From NCBI GenBank assembly GCA_004556965.1, contig SFFE01000008.1, forward strand, positions 10,077 through 74,076: a stretch of DNA of 64,000 bases, written 5' to 3'. Both the position numbers and the translations under genes were made by a program. Source of the stretch: Clostridiales bacterium (GTDB lineage Bacteria > Bacillota > Clostridia > Oscillospirales > Oscillospiraceae). The notes under the pieces are model-generated. The model had not been told where the DNA came from and did no database searches. It saw only the letters and a list, made by a program, of their open reading frames with translations. The stretch's first letter is position 1, and each line of letters starts with the position of its first letter. Shown piece by piece: positions 39,158 through 47,220 of this stretch.

Positions 39158-39631
39158 ATGAACGACAAAAAGAAAATCAAAGCGCAGGCTTTCACCCTTG
39201 AGGTTGACGGCAAAAAGAGCACGTACCGCCTCACAAAAACAAGGCCGTCCATGATTCTGTATTTCGAGCACAAAGACGTTTACAGCGACCAGGGCACGAC
39301 AAAATGTGAGCAGCGCAAGGCTGCCGCTTTCCTGGACGCAGCCTTTGCGCACATGGAAGAGATTGCGCCGGAGCACAAGCGCGCGATATTGTCTGATTAT
39401 GGCCTTGTAGAGGTCGAGCAGCAGGCCGCGCCCGTGGAATGGTTGGAGGGGGTCGGAATCATGCCCCGCGTGAAGAATAACCGCATTGTCTGCCCCACTT
39501 GCCAGCGCGTGACGGAGCAGAGAGTAACGCCAGACGCGGAGGCTGACAATTGGCCTTTCGTCTGTCCGTATTGCAACACGGGGCATTATATCAGCTTTAT
39601 TGGGGAAAACGTTGAAGTGCCAGAGCCGTAA
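39158..39631 (+). CDS. hypothetical protein with C-terminal CxxC...CxxC zinc ribbon
   Basis: 157 aa with AGAGAGG RBS. CPTCQ...CPYCN motifs. Confidence 0.6.
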   Translation: MNDKKKIKAQAFTLEVDGKKSTYRLTKTRPSMILYFEHKDVYSDQGTTKCEQRKAAAFLDAAFAHMEEIAPEHKRAILSDYGLVEVEQQAAPVEWLEGVGIMPRVKNNRIVCPTCQRVTEQRVTPDAEADNWPFVCPYCNTGHYISFIGENVEVPEP

Positions 39632-39667
39632 ACAGCGCCCCGCCACCCCTTGAAAAGCCTCGCCCGC

Positions 39668-40115
39668 GCAGCCGCTCCAGGATCGCGCAGGCGCACCAGG
39701 CGCAGCCGGAGGCCAGCAGCGCCTCACATGCTGCCGGAGCGGCTCACAGACGCACCAGGGAGCGCAGCAGCCGCTCCAGGATCGCGCAGGCCGCCAGGGC
39801 GCAGCCGGAGGCCAGCAGGGTCTCACATGCTGCCGGAGGACGCCCAGGGCGCACCAGGGAGCGCAGCAGCCGCTCCAGGATCGCACAGGCCGCCAGACGC
39901 AGCCGGAGGCCAGCAGCGTCTCACGTGCTGCCGGAGGCCACCCAGGGCGCACCAGGGAGCGCAGCAGCCGCTCCAGGATCGCAGAGGCCGCCAGGGAGCA
40001 GCGCAGGCCAGCAGCGCCTCACATGCTGCCGGAGCGGCTCACAGGCGCACCAGGGAGCGCAGCAGCCGCTCAGACCTCCGGTGATTCTCAGGGCGCAGCT
40101 CCGAGCGGCTCACAG
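39668..40115 (+). repeat. repeat array C (four family-1 units of 96/99/98/98 bp plus one family-2 unit)
   Basis: Units start with GCAGC(AGC)CGCTCCAGGATC at 39668, 39764, 39863 and 39961. A family-2 unit starts at 40059. Confidence 0.9.
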
Positions 40116-40128
40116 CATACATAGAGCT

Positions 40129-40290
40129 ATCCCCCCCTTGTTCCTTGCGGAGCACAAGCGGACGGCCCTAGCGGCGGTGTTAGGTATTTCCAAATCCGCT
40201 GAAAAAATTCGCCGGGGGGGGATCGCGCGCGACAGGATAAAACCACGCCCGCGTGCCACGGGTTATATTCGCGCGGGTACACTTAAGGGC
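40129..40290 (+). other. conserved non-coding block homologous to the prophage HNH-terS intergenic region (57217-57378)
   Basis: Shared blocks are ATCCCCCCC, GGCGGTGTTA, GAAAAAtTCG..GGGGnGGGGATCGCnCGCGCGACA, CGCCCGCGnGCCACGGG and TCGCGCGGGnACA. The C-run/G-run helix is conserved. Confidence 0.8.
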
Positions 40291-40384
40291 TGCGCAAACT
40301 ATCCCAAACAGAAGCCGCACTTTTTACACACAAAACGGCCAAGGAAACGCATAAATGATACCGGATTATAGCCAAAATAATGCA

Positions 40385-40898
40385 CCCAGGACGCACGGCA
40401 GCCACGCAGCCGCTCAGACCTCTGGTGATCTCCAGGGCGCAGCTCCGAGCGGCTCACAGAGCCCAGGAGCGGGCCCAGGTTGCATAGCAGCCACGCCCTT
40501 TGGTGATCTCCAGAGCGCAGCTCCGAGCGGCTCACAGAGCCCAGGGCAAGCCCAGGACGCACGGCAGCCGCTCAGCCGCTCAGCCGCTCAGACCTCTGAT
40601 GATCTCCAGGGCGCAGCTCCGAGCGGCTCACAGAGCCCAGGAGCGGGCCCAGGTTGCACAGCAGCCATGCAGCCGCTCAGACCTTCGGTGATTTCCAGGG
40701 CGCAGCTGGAGCGGCTCACAGAGCCCAGGAACGGGCCCAGGACGCACAGCAGCCACGCAGCCGCTCAGACCTCTGGTGATCCTCAGAGCGCAGCTCTGAG
40801 CGGCTCACAGAGCCCAGGAGCGGGCCCAGGAAACACGGCAGCCGCTCAGCCGCTCAGACCTTCGGTGATCCTCGCGGCGCAGCTCCGAGCGGCTCACG
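40385..40898 (+). repeat. repeat array D (family 2, about 6 units of roughly 85-100 bp)
   Basis: Unit consensus is GCAGCCGCTCAGACCTCTGGTGATCTCCAGGGCGCAGCTCCGAGCGGCTCACAGAGCCCAGGAGCGGGCCCAGG. Confidence 0.9.
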
Positions 40899-41016
40899 GC
40901 GGGCCACATGGAAACAAAGTGAAAGACCGAGCCAAAAGCGGCCCGGCCTTTCACGTTTCACTTGTGGTGAGGTGGGTTTTCTGTCTTGCCGTCTCGGTGT
41001 GCCAGCACCGGGCAGC

Positions 41017-41307
41017 TTATTGCGGCAAAGTGCGAGCGACCGAATATAGCGCGGAAGTCGCGTGGTTGAGCTGTTCGGCTGATACGTCAATATCACGCTG
41101 GATTACTGACAGCGCAGCTAAGTACATCGGCAACCGAACCGTGAAGGATTTACGAATGCAGTCAGATTCGGAAGATATTGCGTTGTATGCCTCAAGTTCA
41201 AGGTGTTCACACACTAATGCACACGCTTGGCGCGCTTGGTCTAAGGTGCCTGCAACATTTTCAAATTCGGTTGCATAGTCAAGGGCCGCGTTACGATCTA
41301 TTCCCAT
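41017..41307 (-). CDS. hypothetical protein
   Basis: 96-aa ORF immediately downstream of 41320..41595 on the same strand. Confidence 0.45.
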   Translation of the reverse strand: MGIDRNAALDYATEFENVAGTLDQARQACALVCEHLELEAYNAISSESDCIRKSFTVRLPMYLAALSVIQRDIDVSAEQLNHATSALYSVARTLPQ

Positions 41308-41319
41308 GCTTACACCCCC

Positions 41320-41595
41320 TTACGCCACGCAGAAGCGGCGCACAGTTGCCGTCTTGGTGAAGCGCTCGCACAGCTCCGGTGCTGCCTTGCGCAGAGCGGA
41401 AGCGTCGAGCCTGGTGCTGGTTACGAGCTTCCAGGTAACCTTGTAATCCTTCCCGGCCAGTTCATCGACGGCGGCAGCGCTCATGTACGCCTTAATAGCG
41501 TCCTGGATGGCTGCGATCTCTGCATTGAGTTCTTCGGCCATGCGGCGCAGCTCGCGCAGCTCGTTGACCTTGGCTTGCATTTCATTGTTGCTCAT
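41320..41595 (-). CDS. hypothetical coiled-coil protein common in Firmicutes mobile elements
   Basis: 91 aa with AGGAG RBS. N-terminal heptad-rich helix. Confidence 0.55.
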   Translation of the reverse strand: MSNNEMQAKVNELRELRRMAEELNAEIAAIQDAIKAYMSAAAVDELAGKDYKVTWKLVTSTRLDASALRKAAPELCERFTKTATVRRFCVA

Positions 41596-41731
41596 TGGTA
41601 TAGCTCCTTTCCTGTTCGGTGGGAGTGGCCCGTCTGGAATGTATAAGCTTCAAAGCATTCCCAATTCACCAGTATGTCTGGGCCGCTTGCCGGGGGTTTG
41701 TTCCCGCTCCCTTGATCTGTCTATATATTAC

Positions 41732-41787
41732 TATATCGGGGACGATATATCAATTCGCAGAATAAACAAATATATCGGGGGCAATAT
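41732..41787 (+). promoter_or_regulatory. two TATATCG-N4/5-(C)GATAT/AATAT palindromes upstream of the RHH gene (candidate operator)
   Basis: TATATCGGGGACGATATA at 41732-41749 and TATATCGGGGGCAATAT at 41771-41787. A TATAAT lies at about 41824. Confidence 0.45.
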
Positions 41788-41846
41788 GTGCAATGTGTAT
41801 ATTGTACCCAATATAGCATCGTGGTATAATCAATCGAGGTGATTAT

Positions 41847-42044
41847 ATGCCAGCGAGTAAAGCACAGCAGAAAGCAGTTGCTAAGTATATGGCTGCAAAC
41901 TATGATGAAATCAAGCTAAGAGTGAAAAAAGGAAAACGGGACGAAATCAAAGCCCACGCAGAGCAGCGCGGCGAAAGCGTCAACGCCTTTATAAACCGCG
42001 CCATTGATAGCCAGATGGAGCGCGACAACGAAAGCGCAGAATAG
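41847..42044 (+). CDS. Arc/CopG-type ribbon-helix-helix protein
   Basis: 65 aa. N-terminal beta-strand region, helices and a typical ESVNAFINRAI block. GAGGTG RBS. Confidence 0.65.
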   Translation: MPASKAQQKAVAKYMAANYDEIKLRVKKGKRDEIKAHAEQRGESVNAFINRAIDSQMERDNESAE

Positions 42045-42046
42045 CG

Positions 42047-42273
42047 CGCAGCCGCTCCAGGCGTGATATATTGCGGGGTGTTCTCTGCCGATAGCAGCAG
42101 GGAGCGCCCCGCTTTGCGTGTAGCAGCCGCTCCAGGATCGCGCAGGCCGCCAGGGCGCAGCCGGAGGCCAGCAGGGTCTCACATGCTGCCGGAGCGGCTC
42201 ACAGGGGCACCAGGGCGCGCGCAGCCGCTCCGGGATCACAGAGGCCGCCAGGGCGTGCAGCAGCCGCTCCAGG
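42047..42273 (+). repeat. repeat array E (family 1, about 1.5 units plus an inverted copy of the array-A hairpin sequence)
   Basis: GCAGCCGCTCCAGG motifs. 42083-42108 is the reverse complement of 35860-35885. Confidence 0.8.
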
Positions 42274-42325
42274 CATGAAAAAAGCCGGGGCGGCTTGAGC
42301 CGCTCCGGCGTGTTTTTGGGGGCAT

Positions 42326-42349
42326 GTAGTGGTTTTTGTAGTGGTTTTT
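42326..42349 (+). repeat. two direct copies of GTAGTGGTTTTT (right arm)
   Basis: Copies at 42326-42337 and 42338-42349, in the same orientation as the left-arm copies. Confidence 0.6.
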
Positions 42350-42415
42350 GTGCGGCGTGTCTTTCTGACAGAAAAAGTAAAAACCTCGAATCCGTTGAGA
42401 TTCAAGGCTTTTTTC

Positions 42416-42491
<76 letters not shown>

Positions 42492-42523
42492 ATACAAAGC
42501 CCGCGGAGCGGTTGCTCCGCGGG

Positions 42524-42600
42524 TGGCGACCGAGAAGGGACTTGAACCCTCGACCTCTAGCGTGACAGGCTAGCGTTCTAACCGACTGAACTACTCGGCC
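42524..42600 (-). tRNA. tRNA-Asp (anticodon GUC)
   Basis: Acceptor GGCCGAG/CTCGGTC, anticodon stem CTAGC/GCTAG, loop CTGTCAC, T-loop TTCAAGT, CCA encoded. Confidence 0.88.
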
Positions 42601-42792
42601 TCGTCGCCTCAGCGCTTGACTAATATAGCAAATATTTTAACGCCTGTCAAGCATGTTTTTTCACTTTTTTCTCCGATCCCGTATTTTTCTCCCCGACGCG
42701 CGTTTTCCATCTGACCGAAAAATTTGATTTTGCACTTGCATTTTATGATCCGGTGTGTTATAGTGTTTGAGCAATAAAAAGCGAGGCCATAT

Positions 42793-42868
42793 CCGGGTGT
42801 AGCGCAGTTGGTAGCGTGCTTGAATGGGGTTCAAGAGGCCGGAAGTTCGAATCTTCTCACTCGGACCA
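42793..42868 (+). tRNA. tRNA-Pro (anticodon GGG)
   Basis: Acceptor CCGGGTG/CACTCGG, anticodon stem CTTGA/TCAAG, loop ATGGGGT (G37), T-loop TTCGAAT, CCA encoded. Confidence 0.85.
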
Positions 42869-42874
42869 TAAAAA

Positions 42875-42916
42875 ATCCGCAAATGCATTGATACACGTGC
42901 ATTTGCGGATTTTTTA
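42875..42916 (+). terminator. terminator after tRNA-Pro
   Basis: 13-bp stem ATCCGCAAATGCA/TGCATTTGCGGAT followed by TTTTTT. Confidence 0.8.
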
Positions 42917-42993
42917 TTTATGCGCTGCTGCACAATCATTCTGGCCGGAAATCTTGCGAATAAGATGCCTATTGCTACTATATTGCAACTTGA

Positions 42994-44199
42994 TCACAGC
43001 GCGTCGGTGATCTTCCGAAGATCTTCGTAGCGCACATCCTGATAATCCATGAGCTGCCGTTCCGACGTGTGGCCGATCAGCGCCAGCTTATCCTTCAGCG
43101 GCGCGTCGATGGGCTTGGCCAGCGTGGCGAATGTATGCCGGCAACTGTGCGGCGTCAGCCTGTGCGGAGGCTCGGACAGCGGCTGCACGCCTACCGCGGC
43201 GAGGACATCATAAAAAATGGCTCGATATTTTCGGATCGTCAGCGCATTTCCGTCCGGCCCGCAGAATACTGCGCCGGAGCTTCGGCCGCCGATCAGGCGA
43301 TCGACGATCGGCTGGATCTTCGGCGACACCGTGACGGTACGATTGATGCCGGCCTCCGTCTTGATTCCGCCGATAAAGGCGCGCTCCGTCTGATTGTAGT
43401 CCTCAACGCGCAGCGCGATAAATGCCGACGGCCGGAATCCAAGGTAGCAATGGCAGTAGATATAATCCGCATACGGCACCTTGCCGATTGCCTGGCGGAC
43501 CTTCTCCAGCTCTTCCGCGGACAGGCCTTGCTTGTGCCCGCTGCCGTCGGCGTCGATGCGCAGGAACGACGCCAGATTCGGCTGCCCGGACACATTCTGC
43601 GGCACGTAGCCGCGCGGGATGCCGTACTTGTACACTAGCCCCAGCACGGTTTTCGCGTTCTCCAGCGTCCGGCGGCCGTGCTCGCAGCTATCCATGCACT
43701 CCTGCAGATCGTCGATATCCTGATCCTGCATCGGCACGTCCCAGGCGTCTCGGAACACAGCAAAGCCGGACGCATAGCAATTCATCGTGCTTTTTGATTT
43801 TTTGTGCGTTGGCTGCCAGAGATCATACAGCTCCTTCAGCGTGGTTGCCGTTTTATCCTGCTCCACGGCTGGCGGCTGCTTTGCGTGCTTCGTTGGCCGC
43901 ATGTCCAGCTCCGTTCCGAGGATCGGAAGATAATTCAGCGCGTCGATGCGCCGGACGAAATCCGAGCGCGTCGCGACGATCCGGCGCTTTTTCGGCGGAT
44001 CAGAGCCGGGGATGATCTCGTAGCCCAGTGTTTTCGCCGCGCGATATTTCCCGTTTGGCTGCTTGTATACGCTTCCTTGGCCATTGCCCCTGGACTTCAC
44101 GCCTTTGCGCGCCGGCTTTTTTTGCACCTGCTTTTTGCCGCACAGATTGCAGTACAGGCTTCCATCCGGCAGATCTGCGCCGCATTTTATGCATTGCAT
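42994..44199 (-). CDS. int: tyrosine integrase with N-terminal zinc ribbon
   Basis: MQCIKCG...CNLCG ribbon. C-terminal HSCRHTFAT...IGH...Y catalytic motifs. GGAGCTAAAAGG RBS before the ATG at 44199. Confidence 0.88.
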   Translation of the reverse strand: MQCIKCGADLPDGSLYCNLCGKKQVQKKPARKGVKSRGNGQGSVYKQPNGKYRAAKTLGYEIIPGSDPPKKRRIVATRSDFVRRIDALNYLPILGTELDMRPTKHAKQPPAVEQDKTATTLKELYDLWQPTHKKSKSTMNCYASGFAVFRDAWDVPMQDQDIDDLQECMDSCEHGRRTLENAKTVLGLVYKYGIPRGYVPQNVSGQPNLASFLRIDADGSGHKQGLSAEELEKVRQAIGKVPYADYIYCHCYLGFRPSAFIALRVEDYNQTERAFIGGIKTEAGINRTVTVSPKIQPIVDRLIGGRSSGAVFCGPDGNALTIRKYRAIFYDVLAAVGVQPLSEPPHRLTPHSCRHTFATLAKPIDAPLKDKLALIGHTSERQLMDYQDVRYEDLRKITDAL

Positions 44200-44308
44200 C
44201 CTTTTAGCTCCTATGATATGATAAAAGGGCAGACTACTCCCTTGTGGTGAGGTGGGTTTTCTGTCTTGCCGTCCAGGTGTTGGTAGCGCCTGGGCGGCTT
44301 TTGTTTTT

Positions 44309-44325
44309 GTGTCCAAATTGGACAC
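44309..44325. repeat. 17-bp palindrome GTGTCCAAATTGGACAC, copy 1
   Basis: Perfect 8+1+8 palindrome, intergenic between int and the upstream gene. Confidence 0.95.
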
Positions 44326-44336
44326 GTGAAATTTCT

Positions 44337-44867
44337 TTAGACGTTCTTGTTTTTTCCGTAAAAAATTTTCCCAGCACGTAAGTTTTTGTGATAATAGCAC
44401 GACAACGCGATACCCTTATCTGGATTTACGCACCTTTTCGCGTCGCTGCACTGCTCATACCGGGAGCAGCACCCATATTCCGAAGGATATGATTCGATCT
44501 GCGCTCCGAGTATGGCCTGCAGCGAAGGTATGTATTGATCGATGTCGGGCGCGGAGCTGATAGGAATCCGTATGTAATCTTGATCGGATGGAATTATCTC
44601 TATCTTTGTATCATCCGGCAGCAGCCGAGCATAGTTTTTTGATACGGAAAAATAAGTTTTTGCGCCCTGCATCTTCAGCCTGAAAATCACAGATCGAGTT
44701 CTTCCGAGTGTCACGGAGCCGTAGTTTGATTTTGTATCCGCATAAGCTAGCTGATTCTCATCTACATAGTATTTACTAAGCGTTTCGAGCAGGGACGGCT
44801 CAACCCGCAGATATGCTATTTTCTCAGGTGTCAGAATTTCCATATCGTCAAACGTCATTTGCTCCAC
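44337..44867 (-). CDS. hypothetical protein with C-terminal Cys cluster (CC-x6-C-x6-C...C)
   Basis: 176 aa. Overlaps the 3' end of the exonuclease gene by 20 nt (coupled). Low-G+C segment. Confidence 0.55.
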   Translation of the reverse strand: MEQMTFDDMEILTPEKIAYLRVEPSLLETLSKYYVDENQLAYADTKSNYGSVTLGRTRSVIFRLKMQGAKTYFSVSKNYARLLPDDTKIEIIPSDQDYIRIPISSAPDIDQYIPSLQAILGAQIESYPSEYGCCSRYEQCSDAKRCVNPDKGIALSCYYHKNLRAGKIFYGKNKNV

Positions 44868-45771
44868 AATAGACGCCTCCTTTTGCGAGCGCTAGAAACT
44901 GTTCTTCATCCAAAAATTCGATATTTGCGGTTCCGCTGGCGTTGAGTTGATATGCTTTTTCCTCTTTCGTGCTCAGTCCGTCGTCTCCGACGAGCGCTAT
45001 GTCCTGCATGCCGACCACGAGGTAATCCGTCTTCCGCGAAACGGACGACTTCACGATCGCACCGGAATCAACGGCAATCTGCATTGCTGTCCGCCGCTCA
45101 ATTGATAACTCTCCAGTAAAAACAATATTCTTTCCATACAGAGGGCTAGATGTATCAATGCATTCGACGGATTGATGTATATCAGATGGACGCGCGTATT
45201 TTTTCGTTCTCCTCCGTACCGGATTGAATAATGGGGATTCTTCCGGAATATCGCACACAAAGTACTTCGCGTGGATTGGTATGCCTTTTCCGATGAAGTA
45301 CAACATCAAATTTGCGCAGGATACCGCATCTGACTCAGAATTATGATGGCACTCGCAGCAAATTCCATACTCTGCGCAGAGATCGGTCAACTTCAAATTT
45401 GCGATATGTAATTGCTCGCGCGCGATTGTCATTGTGCAGTAGCATTCTGTTTCGGGCATATCAATCCCATACCGAATGCAAGCTTTTCGCAAAACATTGA
45501 CGTCAAACGCTGCGTTGTGCGCAACAATCGGGAAATTCCAAAAATACGGGATTACCTCTTCCCATACATCCGGGAATGTGGGTGCATCTTGTACTTCTTC
45601 CGGCGTAATGCCGTGAATTTTGATTGCGTGAGGGCTGAACTCGGCTTCCGGATTGATTAAATAATTTAGTTCCCTTACTATTTTCCCATCTTTTACAACT
45701 GCCAAACCGAGTGAGCATGGGGCGCTATTGTCGTAATCTGCAGTTTCAAAATCAAATGCGACAAAGTCCAT
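44848..45771 (-). CDS. DnaQ/DEDDh-type 3'-5' exonuclease fused to a BRCT domain
   Basis: FDFETAD (Exo I), HNAAFD (Exo II), HNSESD (Exo III). C-terminal FTGEL...DYLVVG BRCT block. Confidence 0.8.
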   Translation of the reverse strand: MDFVAFDFETADYDNSAPCSLGLAVVKDGKIVRELNYLINPEAEFSPHAIKIHGITPEEVQDAPTFPDVWEEVIPYFWNFPIVAHNAAFDVNVLRKACIRYGIDMPETECYCTMTIAREQLHIANLKLTDLCAEYGICCECHHNSESDAVSCANLMLYFIGKGIPIHAKYFVCDIPEESPLFNPVRRRTKKYARPSDIHQSVECIDTSSPLYGKNIVFTGELSIERRTAMQIAVDSGAIVKSSVSRKTDYLVVGMQDIALVGDDGLSTKEEKAYQLNASGTANIEFLDEEQFLALAKGGVYCGANDV

Positions 45772-45787
45772 TTGAGGCTCTCTCCTC

Positions 45788-45804
45788 TCTGGTTTACGTG
45801 TCCA
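45788..45804. repeat. 17-bp palindrome GTGTCCAAATTGGACAC, copy 2
   Basis: Lies between the repressor stop (45817) and the exonuclease start (45771). Confidence 0.95.
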
Positions 45805-45816
45805 AATTGGACACAA

Positions 45817-46419
45817 TCACAGCTTTGCCCGCAGCTCGACCACGCGGCCGAGGATCGTCACGGGCAGGCTCTCAATTTCTTCATTGCTATAGTACATTGG
45901 CTCGTAGGCCGGATTGCTGGGTATCAGCGTCACGCCCTGCGGGCTTTTTTTGATGCGCTTGACAGTGGCGTCGTTTCCGTTGACGAGCGCGACCGCAATG
46001 TCGCCGCTGTCCACGTCCGGCTGGCGGCGGACGATCACCACGTCGCCGTCAGAAATTTTCGGCTCCATGCTCTGGCCTTTAATCTGCAGCCCGAAGTATT
46101 CGCCATTTCCGATTTCATCGACGCTGATATCTTCCCAGTCGATTACTTCCTCGATCGCGTCGATCGGGATGCCGGCAGCCACGCGGCCGAGGACGGGGAT
46201 ACGTATGTATTCACCATGCTTTTTTCTCCCCGAAACTCCGCCAAGCAAGTAATCGAGCGTGACATCAAAATAGTCTGCAATCCGCCGATATGTATTGATG
46301 TCGGCTTCATATTTTCCGGTTTCGTATCCCGATAGTGCGGCTTGGCTAACATTTATGTCCTTCGCTAAATCAGCTTGCTTGATACCTTTTTGATTTCGCA
46401 ATTCCCTAATTTTATTCAT
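45817..46419 (-). CDS. LexA/CI-like phage repressor (XRE HTH plus S24 peptidase)
   Basis: HTH block QADLAKDINVSQAALSGYE. Cleavage and catalytic blocks AAG, GQSMEP and VKRI. Confidence 0.88.
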   Translation of the reverse strand: MNKIRELRNQKGIKQADLAKDINVSQAALSGYETGKYEADINTYRRIADYFDVTLDYLLGGVSGRKKHGEYIRIPVLGRVAAGIPIDAIEEVIDWEDISVDEIGNGEYFGLQIKGQSMEPKISDGDVVIVRRQPDVDSGDIAVALVNGNDATVKRIKKSPQGVTLIPSNPAYEPMYYSNEEIESLPVTILGRVVELRAKL

Positions 46420-46422
46420 TTT

Positions 46423-46552
46423 ATCAACTCCGTTGATAACAATCTAATTGATTTTTTATATGATGTAAATATAAAATCAAGAAACTCGAAAAAATATATT
46501 GACATATCAAGAAACTTGATTTAATATAGAATGCGTAATCAATATTATTGAT
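46423..46552. promoter_or_regulatory. lysogeny switch region with four ATCAA-N5-TTGAT-type operators and a TTGACA-17-TAATAT rightward promoter
   Basis: Operators are ATCAACTCCGTTGAT (46423-37), ATCAAGAAACTCGA (46476-89), ATCAAGAAACTTGAT (46506-20) and ATCAATATTATTGAT (46538-52). -35 at 46499-504, -10 at 46522-527. Confidence 0.75.
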
Positions 46553-46762
46553 ATGCCAGGAGGTGATATCTTGGAGGGCATTAAAATCTATCGGCAGAAG
46601 AACGGTATAACACAGGCGGCGCTCGCAAATATCCTCGGCGTTAAGCAGACGACTGTCGCAATGTGGGAAACAAACGGGAGCTACCCGCGAGCTGAAATGT
46701 TACCAGCTATCGCCAAGACGCTTGGCTGCTCCATTGACGCGCTCTATGACGCGCCCGCCTGA
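46553..46762 (+). CDS. Cro-like XRE-family HTH protein
   Basis: ITQAALANILGVKQTTVAMWE HTH. Divergent from the repressor. Confidence 0.75.
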   Translation: MPGGDILEGIKIYRQKNGITQAALANILGVKQTTVAMWETNGSYPRAEMLPAIAKTLGCSIDALYDAPA

Positions 46763-46818
46763 TGATTCCATTTTACCACGCAGTGTAGATAATATTTTTG
46801 GCGCAGGAGGTGAAAATT

Positions 46819-46986
46819 GTGCAAATTCGCATCGAATGCACATCTACCGAAGTTGCCGACCTCGTATCGGGTCTCCAGCTCGTCGTGCGGCAACACGAAT
46901 TATTCAGCAACGAAATCCCAGGCGTTGCAGACAGAGTCTGCGAGATTATTCAGGATCGAAAGCAATCGGGCCAGATTTGGAAATAA
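46819..46986 (+). CDS. small hypothetical phage protein
   Basis: GGAGGTG RBS 7 nt before the GTG at 46819. Confidence 0.4.
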   Translation: MQIRIECTSTEVADLVSGLQLVVRQHELFSNEIPGVADRVCEIIQDRKQSGQIWK

Positions 46987-47022
46987 TCTCAGCCGATATT
47001 TTTGACGCAGGAGGTGATATGC

Positions 47023-47220
47023 ATGGATGATCGCGCCAAAAAAGCAATTGCGGCGATGAAGCGAGGCGCAGACCCCTTGTGCGCGCTGGCTCGCGAAATT
47101 CGGGAAACGAACGATCCGAACGAGGCTTGGGCGCTGTGTGCAACCGGAAAATGGATTGTGCTGCTTTCGGCCTCGATCGGATCAACGGTTCGCTATTCGC
47201 TTGGAAGAGTCAGAGACTAG
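47023..47220 (+). CDS. small hypothetical phage protein
   Basis: GGAGGTG RBS 6 nt before the ATG at 47023. Confidence 0.45.
   Translation: MDDRAKKAIAAMKRGADPLCALAREIRETNDPNEAWALCATGKWIVLLSASIGSTVRYSLGRVRD

Noticed and set aside
35642-40898. Possibility that the repeat arrays are CRISPR arrays.
   Set aside because: The units are contiguous, about 96-99 bp long and imperfect, with no alternating unique spacers. No cas genes are present in the window.
35531-41278. ORFs running through the island repeat arrays: 35531..36052, 35610..36437, 38716..39132, 39650..40084, 39925..40371, 40355..41278 and 39086..39952 on the minus strand.
   Set aside because: They are translations of the tandem repeats (PGSRRPPGRS... 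type). Unit lengths of 96, 98 and 99 bp do not preserve a frame, no RBS is present, and several overlap genuine genes on the other strand.
42499-42523. 10-bp hairpin CCCGCGGAGC-GGTT-GCTCCGCGGG between tRNA-Thr and tRNA-Asp, containing GGAGCGG like the island repeat core.
   Set aside because: It lies outside the island in a tRNA precursor spacer. The similarity is only 7 nt and is most simply a processing or terminator hairpin.
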